Shown one piece after another: positions 1-12,600 of a stretch of 64,000 nt of DNA. The position numbers and the translations under genes were made by a program. Below the pieces are notes generated by a model. The model was not told where the DNA came from, did no database searches, and saw nothing but the letters and a program-made list of their open reading frames with translations. Numbering within the stretch: position 1 is the first letter of the stretch; each line of letters starts with the position of its first letter. The stretch covers positions 108,192,001-108,256,000 of the forward strand of contig CM052817.1 of assembly GCA_028534125.1 (NCBI GenBank), written 5' to 3'. The DNA is from Lama glama (taxonomy: Eukaryota).

Positions 1-1462
1 TTCTCACTTAGCGTATCATGACGATTCATTTATACTTACCCATCTTTCATATTGGTGATTCAAAAATATACCAATTTTAAATATTAGAACCCTTTGCACA
101 AAATTTACTCTACTTTTAAACAGATATTTATATCATTCTATTTCCTTTAACAATCTTATTTAGAGTTGATATTAAATTTGCAAAATGTAATCAGTAAACT
201 CCCCAAAGTTCATAGTATATTACTAATAAGCCATACATCATTAATTAAAATTGATAACATGGAGGACACATGTGACTAGGTCAATCAAAAGACCTACTTA
301 TTTCACTTAATTCGAGCAAAATGGAATATTTGCCTGAATTATACTTCATTTTACGCCACAGACCAACGGGCTCTCAAAGTGCAGTAAAGAAGCTCTGCCC
401 AGCCTAAAATAAGTGTAGCACCCACAGATACATTGTAAGGGAGAAGAGATGCTTGAGGTTTCTCTAGATTTACTGGGCTGATAACTCTAGGATGTGATGA
501 GACAAGGAACAAAAAAAAAAAAGGAGAAACCATATCTTCCTGTTTTCTAATTAGTTTCAACAAGTGTTTTTGTTTTGTTTTGTTTGATGGCCTTGTCAAG
601 ATGTTAAACTTGTCCTGTAGGGTTATTCTATTGTTAATGCTTCCCTTCATTTGCTCAATTTACTATCATGACCACTGAGATATTTATGGTACTTGCAGTC
701 AAAGTCAGGACTGCAGAATTTCAGGATGATTGGATTTCAAGCAGACACACTGATATCTGTTAATACCAATGAAATGCATACTCATCATTTAAACGTTAAA
801 TGTATTCCCACCACCAAGCTTTATGAAAAGAAAACTTAATGTATGATTCTGAAAAACTGAAATGCCTTGATTTTAGAATATACCTACAAAGTACAGCCTA
901 AATATTAAAGTGATCACCTTTGTAATAAGACAACCAAAATGGCAAGAGCATTAGTTTCTCATTAATACTCTCTTCCAGTAAAACCATGAATGAGCACTTC
1001 TTTGAAACATGTAAGCCTGGAAATGTGTTACCTTATGGGATTTTTAAAGCAAGTCACATTTTTGCTCTTTAATTCGGGGTTAAAGCACTGAGCTGACAGC
1101 ATACAGCACCACGGATGAGGACAGCAATGAGTGACATTTTAGCAGAAGAGTGTCTTTATCATAAAATGAGAATGTAACTAATTAATAGTCATATTTCTAC
1201 ACATGCCCACAGCACTTAATGATTGTAAGCATGGAATGTAGAAAACGTTAATCATTTTAGTTAAAAAAAAAGTTATTTCCACCTTATTACACTGGTACCG
1301 AGCAGATGGAGAAACTGAGCATGGATGTCCTTGTTGACTAGAAATAGCTGGGTTTGTTAGGAATTAAATTTAAAGACCCTTTTTGGTTTCTCATTATTAT
1401 TCATTTTAAGAACTGTCAAGAGAAAAAAAAAATAAAGATCTCTGCCTTTTGTAAGAACATGT

Positions 1463-1468
1463 TTTATG
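1463..1468 (-). terminator. Candidate distal poly(A) signal, non-canonical CATAAA
   Basis: Plus-strand tttatg is CATAAA on the transcript. A U-rich element (plus A-run at about 1423-1437) lies 25-40 nt downstream. Confidence 0.5.
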
Positions 1469-1662
1469 TATGATTGAAGTTTTTACAACACTCCGAAAAA
1501 GCCATCCGATGTTAGATTTAAAAATAAAATCAAAAGCATTTTCTGACAATAGTACACATGAAAAATTGGAAATTCCAATATCTCCAATAGAAGTTATAGA
1601 AAGTGTATGTCTCCTTGGAGTTTGACACCACTTAACACAGCAGAAAATAAGGTACCAGTTAC

Positions 1663-1670
1663 TGTAAACA
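1663..1670 (-). promoter_or_regulatory. miR-30 family 8mer seed match (UGUUUACA)
   Basis: Plus-strand tgtaaaca inside the 3'UTR. Confidence 0.45.
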
Positions 1671-2004
1671 AAAAAGTACAGTCAAGGACAGTTGTAAATT
1701 TACATAAGAATAGTTCATAAACATTTTGGTCTTTCCATAACAGTTTTTATATAAAATGAATAAAAAAACCTTTAGACAGCTGTCATCACTCTTGTTGGAC
1801 CACTTGTCACTTATATGCACACAGACATATTTATATAGAATATACCGATGCACCGTTACATGGATATTAAACTATGGTTACTGCTTGAAACTGAGATGTG
1901 CATTATCCAATCAACATTATCCACAGTTGAAATACTCTTACATTAAGTATTCTTGTCATGTCGTACTATAAAAACATGAAAATATAACTTTACATTATTT
2001 CAAT

Positions 2005-2012
2005 TATTTACA
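2005..2012 (-). promoter_or_regulatory. Pumilio response element UGUAAAUA
   Basis: Plus-strand tatttaca matches the UGUAHAUA consensus; could occur by chance in an AT-rich UTR. Confidence 0.3.
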
Positions 2013-2400
2013 TGAGTTCAAGCTTGACAGAGAAAAATTGAGAAGCTACGATTTTTAGAAGAGTAGGCCCAGAGGTACAATAATTAGCATCTGACTGTAT
2101 CCAGTCATCGCTTTCATTTGTAAAAACTCATTTGAAGTGTAACATGGAAACAATTAGTCTGCAATTTGGTCATTCTAGCATTGATTATTAAAACTTAAAA
2201 TGCACCTCCAACATTCCTGATGAGGAGAAATGCACTAAAAAAAATTATCGTGTATTATCTAGGAATCTGTGATCAGGGACAGCTAAATTTAGGGAGGAAC
2301 ATTATGATACCATGTGCCACCCTGTTCAACGCAAGTGGCTGCTATTAGAGCTTACATTTCTCTTTCCCTGCTGTGAAATATCATAAATCAGAATGTTTTC

Positions 2401-2407
2401 AAGGCAC
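2401..2407 (-). promoter_or_regulatory. miR-124 7mer-m8 seed match (GUGCCUU)
   Basis: Plus-strand aaggcac. Confidence 0.4.
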
Positions 2408-3282
2408 TTAGCAAAACACCAAGTGCTGCTCAAAGGCATACTTGCAGAAATAACAAGACTAGAAATATAAAAAAAATAACTACTGGATGTTAATAATTGT
2501 TTAAAACCCTAGATTAAGTTTATTTTAGGGGGCTTCGGTGGAAATACACGGTCTTTTATGAAGGGAAAGAGAGTTCCTTTAAATTGCTTCACTAGAGAAA
2601 TACAAGCTTTTTAGTTAAAAGTTACGGAAATGTGATGTTTTATCCACACTGGGCATTTTAAAATAGCCATTCCACCTGAGGCATATGTATAAAAATAATA
2701 TATTATTCTTGGCAATGGGCAGAAACTAATATATTATTCTGTTGATGGTAATAGGAAGAAACTAGATTGCAGGTGACTCAAAAGTCCTTAAATTATTCAT
2801 CATATGTAAGGTTTATGAAACCTCTTACAATTTTAAAACCAAAGCCTCAGATTTAGTTCATGGCATCTGATCGGGGGCGTCGCTTTAAAAAGCTACTTTC
2901 GAGGCTATTCTGTTGAGGCATTTCTAACTTCATGTACAACTAACATTTCTCTTCTGTCAGCTCAAACACTTTAAAATGGAACCTACTCACATACTCTATT
3001 TGTTTTTTTAATATTAGCGTTTTAAAGTCTATTCGCATTTATCTACATAGATTAAATGCTTTATGTTAAATATTCCTTTATATATAATAAGACATACGAA
3101 AAACAGGTTCAGATACTGTCTGGGGACAAGTTTATACTTTAGGAACCACCTGGCCTTCTTAAAAGGGGGCTGATTTCTCTGGGAACCTAACAATTTGATT
3201 GTGTCTCTGAACTCAATTTATGACCAAACTGTAGCTAAGCAAAATTAATTGGACCACTTGCAAATAAAACAATAGAAAAGTG

Positions 3283-3288
3283 TTTATT
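3283..3288 (-). terminator. Candidate proximal poly(A) signal AATAAA (short 3'UTR form)
   Basis: Plus-strand tttatt, followed on the transcript by U/GU-rich sequence. Short and long GRIA2 3'UTRs are known in rodents. Confidence 0.55.
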
Positions 3289-3642
3289 TCAAATGTCAAG
3301 CATTGCCAAGTAATTTTATATTAACACCAAATGTTAAAGAAGAGGGTACATTAAAGTTTGGATAACAACATTAAATTACTACAAGATTGGAATCTTCTCT
3401 TGGTTTTCTTTCCTTAGCATTTACATATTTGGCTTTGAAAAATATGGAACTGACACCTAAAGCGTTGATCATCCTGTCCCACTAAGTTTCATCGTTTTTG
3501 TCTTATCCAACCCACACGGAAGCAAATTTATTTAAAAGCCAGTTTGTTTGTGAAAATACCTAAAAATATTTTTTTTCATTTTAAATGTTTTTTTTTCTTT
3601 TTCTTATAAAACATGTCACATCTTGATGCAGTTGATGTCAAG

Positions 3643-3649
3643 TGTGCTT
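3643..3649 (-). promoter_or_regulatory. miR-218 7mer-m8 seed match (AAGCACA)
   Basis: Plus-strand tgtgctt. Confidence 0.4.
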
Positions 3650-3933
3650 AAGTCATTATGAATCAAGAGACTAACAACAGTGGCTGCAGAAACGGGTTTG
3701 CTGTCTGTACAAAGACTGCTGTTAAGTGAGCGCACTTCCGCGTGAGCGGCGCGAGTCCGCCCAGCGTCATCTGGAACTGGAGTAGAAAAGGGTGTTGTGT
3801 TTTTCAGTAACCATTCCTTACACTTCAAGATGAATCCCGCATATTTAAGAATTCTTGGCTGAAAGAAAAGTCTTCGCGATACCGGATGCCTCTCACCACT
3901 TTGTGACAATAAACACACAAGAAAACCATCGTG

Positions 3934-3941
3934 TAAGGCAC
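3934..3941 (-). promoter_or_regulatory. miR-124 8mer site (GUGCCUUA)
   Basis: Plus-strand taaggcac. GRIA2 is an established miR-124 target. Confidence 0.7.
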
Positions 3942-4124
3942 TCAGAAGGTTCTTATCAACCACGAGCCATCAGTCACACTGACATTCATTCTCATGCCGG
4001 GACTCACGTAATGGACAGCATGCACCGCTTTGGGAAATTCTCCAGTCATAACACGTCCATTGTCTCCAGTACTTCCTGTCACTGACAGCCTTGCCTTGCT
4101 CCTCATGGCATCGCTCAAGGTCAT
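3942..4124 (-). CDS. GRIA2: Terminal exon: C-tail of the long isoform GluA2L (MTLSDAMRSKARLSVTGSTG...TDGSWLIRTF*)
   Basis: A polypyrimidine tract and AAG acceptor at 4125-4127 lie just before the ATG. The exon is in frame with the internal donor after KRMK, and the peptide matches the GluA2L/GluA4-type tail. Confidence 0.88.
   Translation of the reverse strand: MTLSDAMRSKARLSVTGSTGDNGRVMTGEFPKAVHAVHYVSPGMRMNVSVTDGSWLIRTF
3982..3988 (-). promoter_or_regulatory. miR-181 seed match UGAAUGU (UTR in the short form, CDS in GluA2L)
   Basis: Plus-strand acattca. Confidence 0.45.
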
Positions 4125-4523
4125 CTTAAACGAGACGGGGCGGGGGAGGAAAGAAAGAAAGAAAAAAAGAAATACAGGTTACGGTTTTCCAAAGCATCTG
4201 GAGGAGGCGGCGGTGCTGCTTTCGAAAGGGTTACTTCTATCGGAAAGCTTGTAGCAAATGAAAGCAAAAAGTGCCAAGCCGCACCACAGATCATAAAGCA
4301 CGACAGCGGGGCTCTGCCCACATTCGCCCAAGCTACTGCGTCATTAGAGGAAAACAGACAGTCGCGCTGCTGGTTAGTCACTGATCAGGAACACGGGAAG
4401 GAGGGCAACAGGACACACAGGACGATCCACCGGCCGCCTTCCTCATTTTAAAGAGCTTAAGGATGCAACGAGAAAGCTAACACGTGCACTTAGAAGTTTG
4501 TATTAGAGCCTCGTTCCTACCCC

Positions 4524-4793
<270 letters not shown>

Positions 4794-5793
4794 TTATTAG
4801 GGAGGAGAACTGGCGAGGACATGAGAACAGCAATGTCACAGAGCATCATCACAGGAACAGCCTAGTCACACAGAATGCATTCAGATCTGAGAAACAGCGT
4901 GTCCCCTCTTAGATGCCCCGTTCTCCTAACAGCTACCACGAGACAACATGAAAACTCAGCTGGAGATTCTGGCAGACTCAGCCCACTTCTATGTATTCAT
5001 TTCTGAAAGGTTTGCCCTGGCTATGTCAGTTGCAGTGTTAAAACTGATGAACAGAGATACTCAGTTAGCATGGGAAAATGGAAGGCACAAGACAGTTTCA
5101 TCCTAGAGATACCCTGGTAAGTCTCACAGCTCAGAGGGGCAAAGGAAAACATCCTTGTAGGATTGCGGATGCAAGAGTCAATAATGGCCGTGTTACTGGC
5201 TTAGCAGAGCTGTGCATGGAGGACTGACCATGTCTGCCCCTAGATTGCTCAAGGTACTGAGACTGCCCAGATAAAACTTCAGGAAGTTCTGCAACATGCT
5301 GGCTGGTGGAGGTTCCAGAACACTGCCACTCCACATAGGCTTTGGGAGCATGTAGAATTGAGGTGGACCGTTTCTGAACTCTTGGACTCCACGGTCCATC
5401 CCCTCAGGGTGCTCTCACCTGCTACACTACGTCTCACAGCAAAGCTTTGCCATTCAGTACAGACAGAGCACACACGATGCACAGGGTAGTCTGGCCAACC
5501 AGCCGTACTATGGAGGCTGTCACTGCACCATCGAAACAGACAAGAGAAACACACATCCCTCTGATCACTTCCTCTTCCGCGTTCCAGGAACGTTCCCATC
5601 AGGCTACGGACTCTACTTCAGTCTACTGCTGTTTCATGCACTATCATGTAGGAGTTAGACATGAACACGGACCGAAATCAATTGATTAAATGCATATGCT
5701 CTTTTTTAAAATAAAATTAAAAAAAAATCAGTAACTCTGCAGGCATTACCAAACGTCTTACCAAATTATGCATGTCATGCGGATCTGCATTTA

Positions 5794-6018
<225 letters not shown>

Positions 6019-6425
6019 TCACGTGGAAAATAACATAAATAACATTATCAATGTTATTTTATGTTATTCATTACATTATACTGATTCAAGAGCTTTGTAA
6101 GAGCGATAGTCATTGATGCGCCATTTGGCCTAAGCAAACGGGAAGATTTGCAGAGCCAGATGAGCATCAGTGTATCGCTGGAAGTAACCAGCAGGTGCAA
6201 CAGTTTGCAATAAATCCAGGAGGTAAAAATTTGTCCTCAGGGGACCGGGGGGGAGAAGGACAGTGGGTGGAGGGGGAGAGAGGGAAGAAGTCGAGAGAGT
6301 CCTGGCCATCCAATTGTGGTCCCCGCCGTGGCGTGGGGACGGGGCGCGCGGGGCGCTCACTGTGCAGGGCTGCTGCTTACTTTGTTCTGCATTGAGTTAC
6401 CCATCACTTGCTCACTGGGGCTGAC

Positions 6426-6540
6426 CTTGGAGTCACCTCCCCCGCTGCCGCACTCTCCTTTGTCGTACCACCATTTGTTTTTCAATTTGTCCAACAGGCC
6501 TTGTTCATTCAGTTTTAGTACTGCGAGGTTAACCGCATTT
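6426..6540 (-). CDS. GRIA2: Flop exon (115 nt), mutually exclusive with flip
   Basis: CAAG|AAATGC acceptor and AAG|GTCAGC donor; [38 protein letters not shown], translated by hand (not in the ORF track). Confidence 0.97.
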
Positions 6541-7361
6541 CTTGAAACGATAAAACATACTTGTCAGACAGGGGTGAGCAAATTTGAGACTTTGTGTTCG
6601 TTTCGTGTTTGATTTGTCTTTGGCTTTTGCTTCTGTGGCAAGTCTCGTCACACACGAAAAAAAATGAAGTGGGAGAAAGGCCACGATAGCACGTAACTAT
6701 GAGCTACGAATAGTCTGAATCTTTGGGTCAGGTGGTAGAGCGAAACAGAAAGAAAATAAAGGAAAGAGTGCTGATAAGGGGAGTTCTAGATCTACAGCAA
6801 TGTACTCACATCCACAACAAACAAATAACAGTGTCTTGAATGTGACTCCACTAAAAAAAAAACAAACAACAAAATAGGAATACAAAGCGTTAACTACATA
6901 GTAAAGAGATGTGTGCCAAGAAATTCAAAGTGCATTTTCCTTTCCCCAAAGCATATCCCTTAAAAAAAAAAAAGTGGCATTTCTCTTGGTTTAGTTAATT
7001 TGGTTTACTGATAGAATTCAGCCATTTGCTTAGTTTGTAAGCAGAGTGTTGTTTTCAGAAGTAAGGAATGGGCTCTTAGACTGACATGGTTAGCTAGATT
7101 GAGATGGGGGAAAAAACTCCAAATCAAAAGAAAACTAAACAAAAACATAACCCTTAAAATGAAGGTCTGAACGCTTTAGAGAAAAAAAAAATTGTTGTAA
7201 AACAAACCAAATCAAAAAAACAAACAAACAAAACCACCAAAACGGTCATCAATATAAAACAGAATCTAAATGTTCAGAAACATTCAGAAACGTTTTGGGT
7301 CATTCTGTGACTGTGAGTTACCTCTTATCCGTATACAAACCATGAGCTAGTCTTAGAGACA

Positions 7362-7699
<338 letters not shown>

Positions 7700-9549
7700 T
7701 CAGAGATGACCCTCAACATCTTTGACAAAACACAGAGGCAGGCAGGGAAAACTCTCCATCTTTTAATATTGTGTCCCCAGTAATGATTCTCTCATTATAT
7801 TGGAAACATTTTCCTTTGTGTTTATAAGGACCTCGTACATCATTTGGTTTGGGCACATTTTAGAGTAAACAAAATATCGCGCACCCAAGAAGCAATCTGA
7901 AATGGTCACGCTCCGAAATAAGTTGAAAAATGTACTCTGCTCTCTCTAGGAATAATTCAAGTTAAGAGATGAACTAAAGGACACCTTCACTGCTAGACTC
8001 CTAACTGTTTCACTCCTGATTAATGACTAGCGGGAGTCTGTGTTAACTGGTCAGGTGTATACATGGTAAGACCCTAATACGATGTCTGCTATCTAGAGAG
8101 TAAAGAGGTAATGCTGGAAGCTTCTAGTAGATACCAACTCAAATGCTTCTAGAATAACTCGGATTTTTCAAAGAAATATCCTTTGAGCATTAAAATTTTC
8201 TTTTAATTGAACAGAAATTTTTTTTGTTATTGAATGTTTAAGCACCGAAACACTGTATTACAACATGTACTGACAGGAAAACATTCTTCAGGGTGACGTG
8301 CTTGAAATAAGGAAGGACAAATTGAGAGAATATTTATCTCACAAATGAATTGACTCAAAAGCAAAGAGAGACTCCGAGAGAGTCACTAAATCCTTTATTC
8401 AGAGTAAAGGGAGAACAGAGGGCAGAGTTGAAAAGTCATAGCTTTTGCGTGTGTGCTTATTTTTCTATTCACAATTCTCTCCACTGACTTCCATCCCTCC
8501 TGGGAAGATGACATGAATAATCCCTTTTGGGATCTGAACACAGAAGGTTTGAAATGGAAACACGATCTTGAAAACTTACTTTTAAGGTTCATGGGGTTTG
8601 GGGGCTTTTGGTAGGTTTGTTTTTGACTCTAAAATTTTTTTAAATATATATAATCTTTAGTTTTGGAAAAGCAAGAATAAATCGATTCATTATAAGCAAA
8701 CATCATGGAAATCCAAATTGGCTTAAAAGGCTGCCCTAGGCAGCTTTGTATCTGTCAAAGCTCTGTGCTGACATTCCAGGGTCAAGAGTAAAGCAAGCAT
8801 GGAGTCGGCTTCCATCGCTGGGGTTCAGGATGCACCCAAAAGGACAGGTGCTCAGACCATGGCTGCATGTCTCCACTGCCCCTACGTGAATCAGGGCTGC
8901 AGTCCCACGACAGACCAGGAGCCATGCCAGCCCAGGTGTCTGGGCTCTGAAAAGACCCAGACATCCTCCCCCAAAGGCACTTTCACCCATAAATTTATAA
9001 CAGTTGCTGACTCGTTAATAATTTTCCCATTATCTAACAATGTATCTAAACCACTCTTAAACCCATTTCCATTTCTGAACAATGTCCCCTTCTTGAGATT
9101 ACAGACTTAAAACTCCATTATCTAGTGAATCAGCCTTCTTCTCTGTCATGAAAGCACATGTACAAGAGTGAAAGCCCCACCAGGACCCCAGCTGGGGAAA
9201 TTTTATCTTCGTGTCATAACGTTCAGCACATTATCTTATACATAAAAGGTTCCTAATTAATATGTTCTAATTGAATATTCTGGAATTTGCTTTATCTGCC
9301 TCTTTGCCTCCTGTAGAAGATATTTCTATTGTTTCAGCCTCCAATATCCTGCCCTCATGTTCTCCACGAAATTGGAAGATGCTACAGTATCTGAGTTTGA
9401 TGACGTATCAAGCAATCTTATTAAACTTCAAGGTCTCTTCATGATTTGAACACCCACAAAAACAAGTGATATCAAAATATTTTGAAAAACATCCTAGAAT
9501 GACAGAGCTCCAAGTGAAATTACACAATTATTTTATAAAATCATCCAAA

Positions 9550-9644
9550 GGGGAGAGTATAGCTCAGCGGTGAAGTACAGTGTTTGGCATGCTTGAGGTC
9601 CTGGGTTCAATCCCCAGAACCTCCATTAAAAACAATAAATAAAT
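9550..9644 (+). mobile_element. tRNA-Ala-like SINE (Vic-1-like)
   Basis: A box (TAGCTCAGCGG), B box (GGTTCAATCCC) and an A-rich tail. Confidence 0.8.
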
Positions 9645-12600
9645 GCATGACTTGAACTCTGTCAAAGATAATTTCACTAAGTGAAGCAAAACTTCCTGTT
9701 TCATTCATAAATGCTTTCCAGTTAGTTTAAAGATATTTCTCAATGTATGAATAGATTATTACTTCTAAGGAGTAAAAGTTTTTATGTGAAATCTAGGGGA
9801 AAAAATGCACATAGCTATGTAGGGTTTTCAATGAATTACCTCTTCCCTGTCTTTGTGGTTTTGAGTCATCTGGAAGATATGCAAGCTCTGATATGTTGAT
9901 CTAGACATACATGGTATGAAGTTTTATGGAGTTAAATCAGTTACTTTTAATAATCAGGCTTCACGTATATTATAGGATGGCACTTTTTTAACTGGGCAGG
10001 ATTTTATGACTAGTTGTGGATTAATAAAACCTATAAATCATCTAAAATCTTAAGATACACATTGCTGATTTGCATAAAGCTGAAAGTAATTCTTTTCATA
10101 CGTCAGAAGTTTTGAAAGATGTACGTTTTCCCCTCAATGGGTTAATTCGTTTGTCTCCCAGGTGTTAGTTTACTGTTTACTTCTTTAACAAAGTTAACGA
10201 AATACATTCGTAACCATATCTGTTGAAGAATATTTGTATGAGCAAATTTGCCCAAAGCTGTGCAAATAAGGTAAGTCATGAACAGAACAATACTGTTACG
10301 TGGGAAACTATCATTCATTAGGACCTGAAATTTATTGATTTGAACTTTCTGGCTGCCTTCAAAACAGAATAGGAAAAAAATCTAACTACATTTTTTTACT
10401 GAGAGACAGTTCAAGGGATCGGTGTTTAATTTCTACTGACAACATCTCACAAGTTGCTAGTCTGAACTAATGGCTAAATAGGTGATGCCCAGAAACTCTG
10501 TTCTTCTCCAAAACCACAGCAATCAAAAAAGTAGCCAGCAGGAAAGCAATCCAAAGGCAAAGTGAAGCTCTCCCCAAGGCTTCCATCCAAGAGCCTGAAT
10601 GATAAATTACAGCTATTTTTATTGCCAAGACAGTTTACATGACGATGCTTAATTTGGCCTAATTTATAAGTTAATGGGCTGTCTGGTACACTGAAAGCAC
10701 ACCACGGCTTCCTAACCACTCCAGCCTCCTGACCAATCATTTCTTAGAATATACTTACAAATAGACTAAAAAGGAAAAAAAAATCTCCATTTTTTTCCCA
10801 GGTTAATAAAATCCTATGTTGTCAACTAAGGTAAAGCATAGAAATAGCACTTCCCATTAAAATTCTGTATTTCAGCAATTCATGTTACAGACATTACTCT
10901 ATGTCAAAAGCATCCAGAAAATGTAAGCAACCGTCTGAAGAATGCAAGTCGAATACTGTTCCAATGGACTAGGTTAGGCCCTCTGTGTGCACTTCAACAC
11001 TCAGCGCCAGGTGATGGTGACCATGACCCTCGTAAGCAATGTCTAAATGGTAGCACAAAAAAGGGAACACAGGGAAACCACACTGACTTTTTAAGCAAAC
11101 CCCACATTGTCCTATCATTCACAATACTAGTCTAAACTCTGGGCCCAAGAGAAGAGAATGATGCAATGGAGAAGGAAAACGAAGGGCTGGAACTCTGGTT
11201 TCCAACCTCCATTTCCAAGATGGCCTTATGTAAAAGTTGGAAGGCTTTCTCAGAGATCCTCACGATTCCCTTTTCCAGCTCCCCACAAATCTCAGTGTCA
11301 ATCACTGCTAAGCCAAGGAACACTGTACTTTCTAAGTTTACATATTAAGTCAAGGAAAGCACTCTTTCAGGAGGTGTGCTATGGAGAAGCAAATTTCCTC
11401 AGGATGGCTTCTGCCATCACATCCTGATGAAGAGGTAAAGGATGCCTTGTTAGGAGGAGATAAGTGATAGCTCGGTCAGGGCAACCCTGAATACCCTGTA
11501 TTTCTTAAGGAGTCAAAGCTCATAACATGGCTATCCAATTCCTTTCCATGGTTTGATAGCAATTTGACTAACAGTTCACAGAAAATAATTTTATTGTTTA
11601 CTTAGAAAATATGCCCATTGTCTAGGACTGTTGGGGGAAAGTTCCATATAAACTAAACACATCTGACACAATTATATCAAAGAAAAAGATGACTTCCTTT
11701 TCAATGAAAGAAGCCAACAGTCATTTTGATTGAGTTTTATTTCTTCCTCATATACATTAACACAGGCATTGATTTTTTTCTACCACCTAAATAAGCCTTT
11801 TTCCTGTTAGGAAAAAGTGACTTCATAAAGGAAATGGCTATTACCCTTATGAAACACACACATTTATCCAAGAATTAGTAGAAAACATAGGTGGTGCTTT
11901 GCAGACTTTCCTCACTGCTTACTCTATTAGCTCTTAGCACAGTTCACTGTCAAAAAATAAAATAAAATAAAATAAAACTTACAGACCCATTAACTTCTAA
12001 TAAAATACCAAAATATCTTCTCACAATGTCAGCAGAATATGTTTTCCTAGAAAGGGGGTTCTAAATGATTTCCAAATACAAACGATGTCCGAAGGTTCTA
12101 AACAGAGATGCCCAAGTGGCTGATGTGAGTTCAGACCAGGGGTAAATTTGCAAAGCATTAGAGCCACGCTCCCTGTTGTGAGAATCTTTACGTCTCATTC
12201 TCACTTGAAACATGAATAGAGATACTTTTCATGAAAACCTCTTTTGTTTCTAGGAAAATTACCCTGTCTGAGGCAGTATAACAGCTAAGAAGGTAATTCT
12301 ATCTGGGGGTGAAAAACTTTGACCTAGAGCCTCTTAAATGTGAAGACAAAAGAGTCGCATGTCAATTACTAACCTATATTTTCTGGTCCAAATGGTTGAC
12401 ATTCTGTAAAAAATTGTATTAAATATAAAAGAGAATCATCTTTCCTTTTAAGATTTCACTCTTTTGCCTGAGTCTAGCCTTGTGGAACTCACAGCCTGGC
12501 CCATCACTTCATTAGAGATGTTGGCAGAAATTCAAACCGTCCCCGGAAACCAGGACTTTGGTCAGGAAAAGAATTCCACAGAAGTCTCATTCTGTTATTC

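Larger units (their letters stand above)
1444..3941 (-). other. GRIA2: GRIA2 long 3'UTR in the terminal exon (the short isoform's UTR also includes 3942-4124)
   Basis: AT-rich, repeat-free sequence downstream of the terminal exon acceptor at 4124. The distal end is inferred from CATAAA followed by a U-rich tract and from recalled similarity to the human mRNA end. Confidence 0.7.

Noticed and set aside
351..650. 99-aa ORF downstream of the gene
   Set aside because: Low-complexity AT-rich sequence with no recognisable homology.
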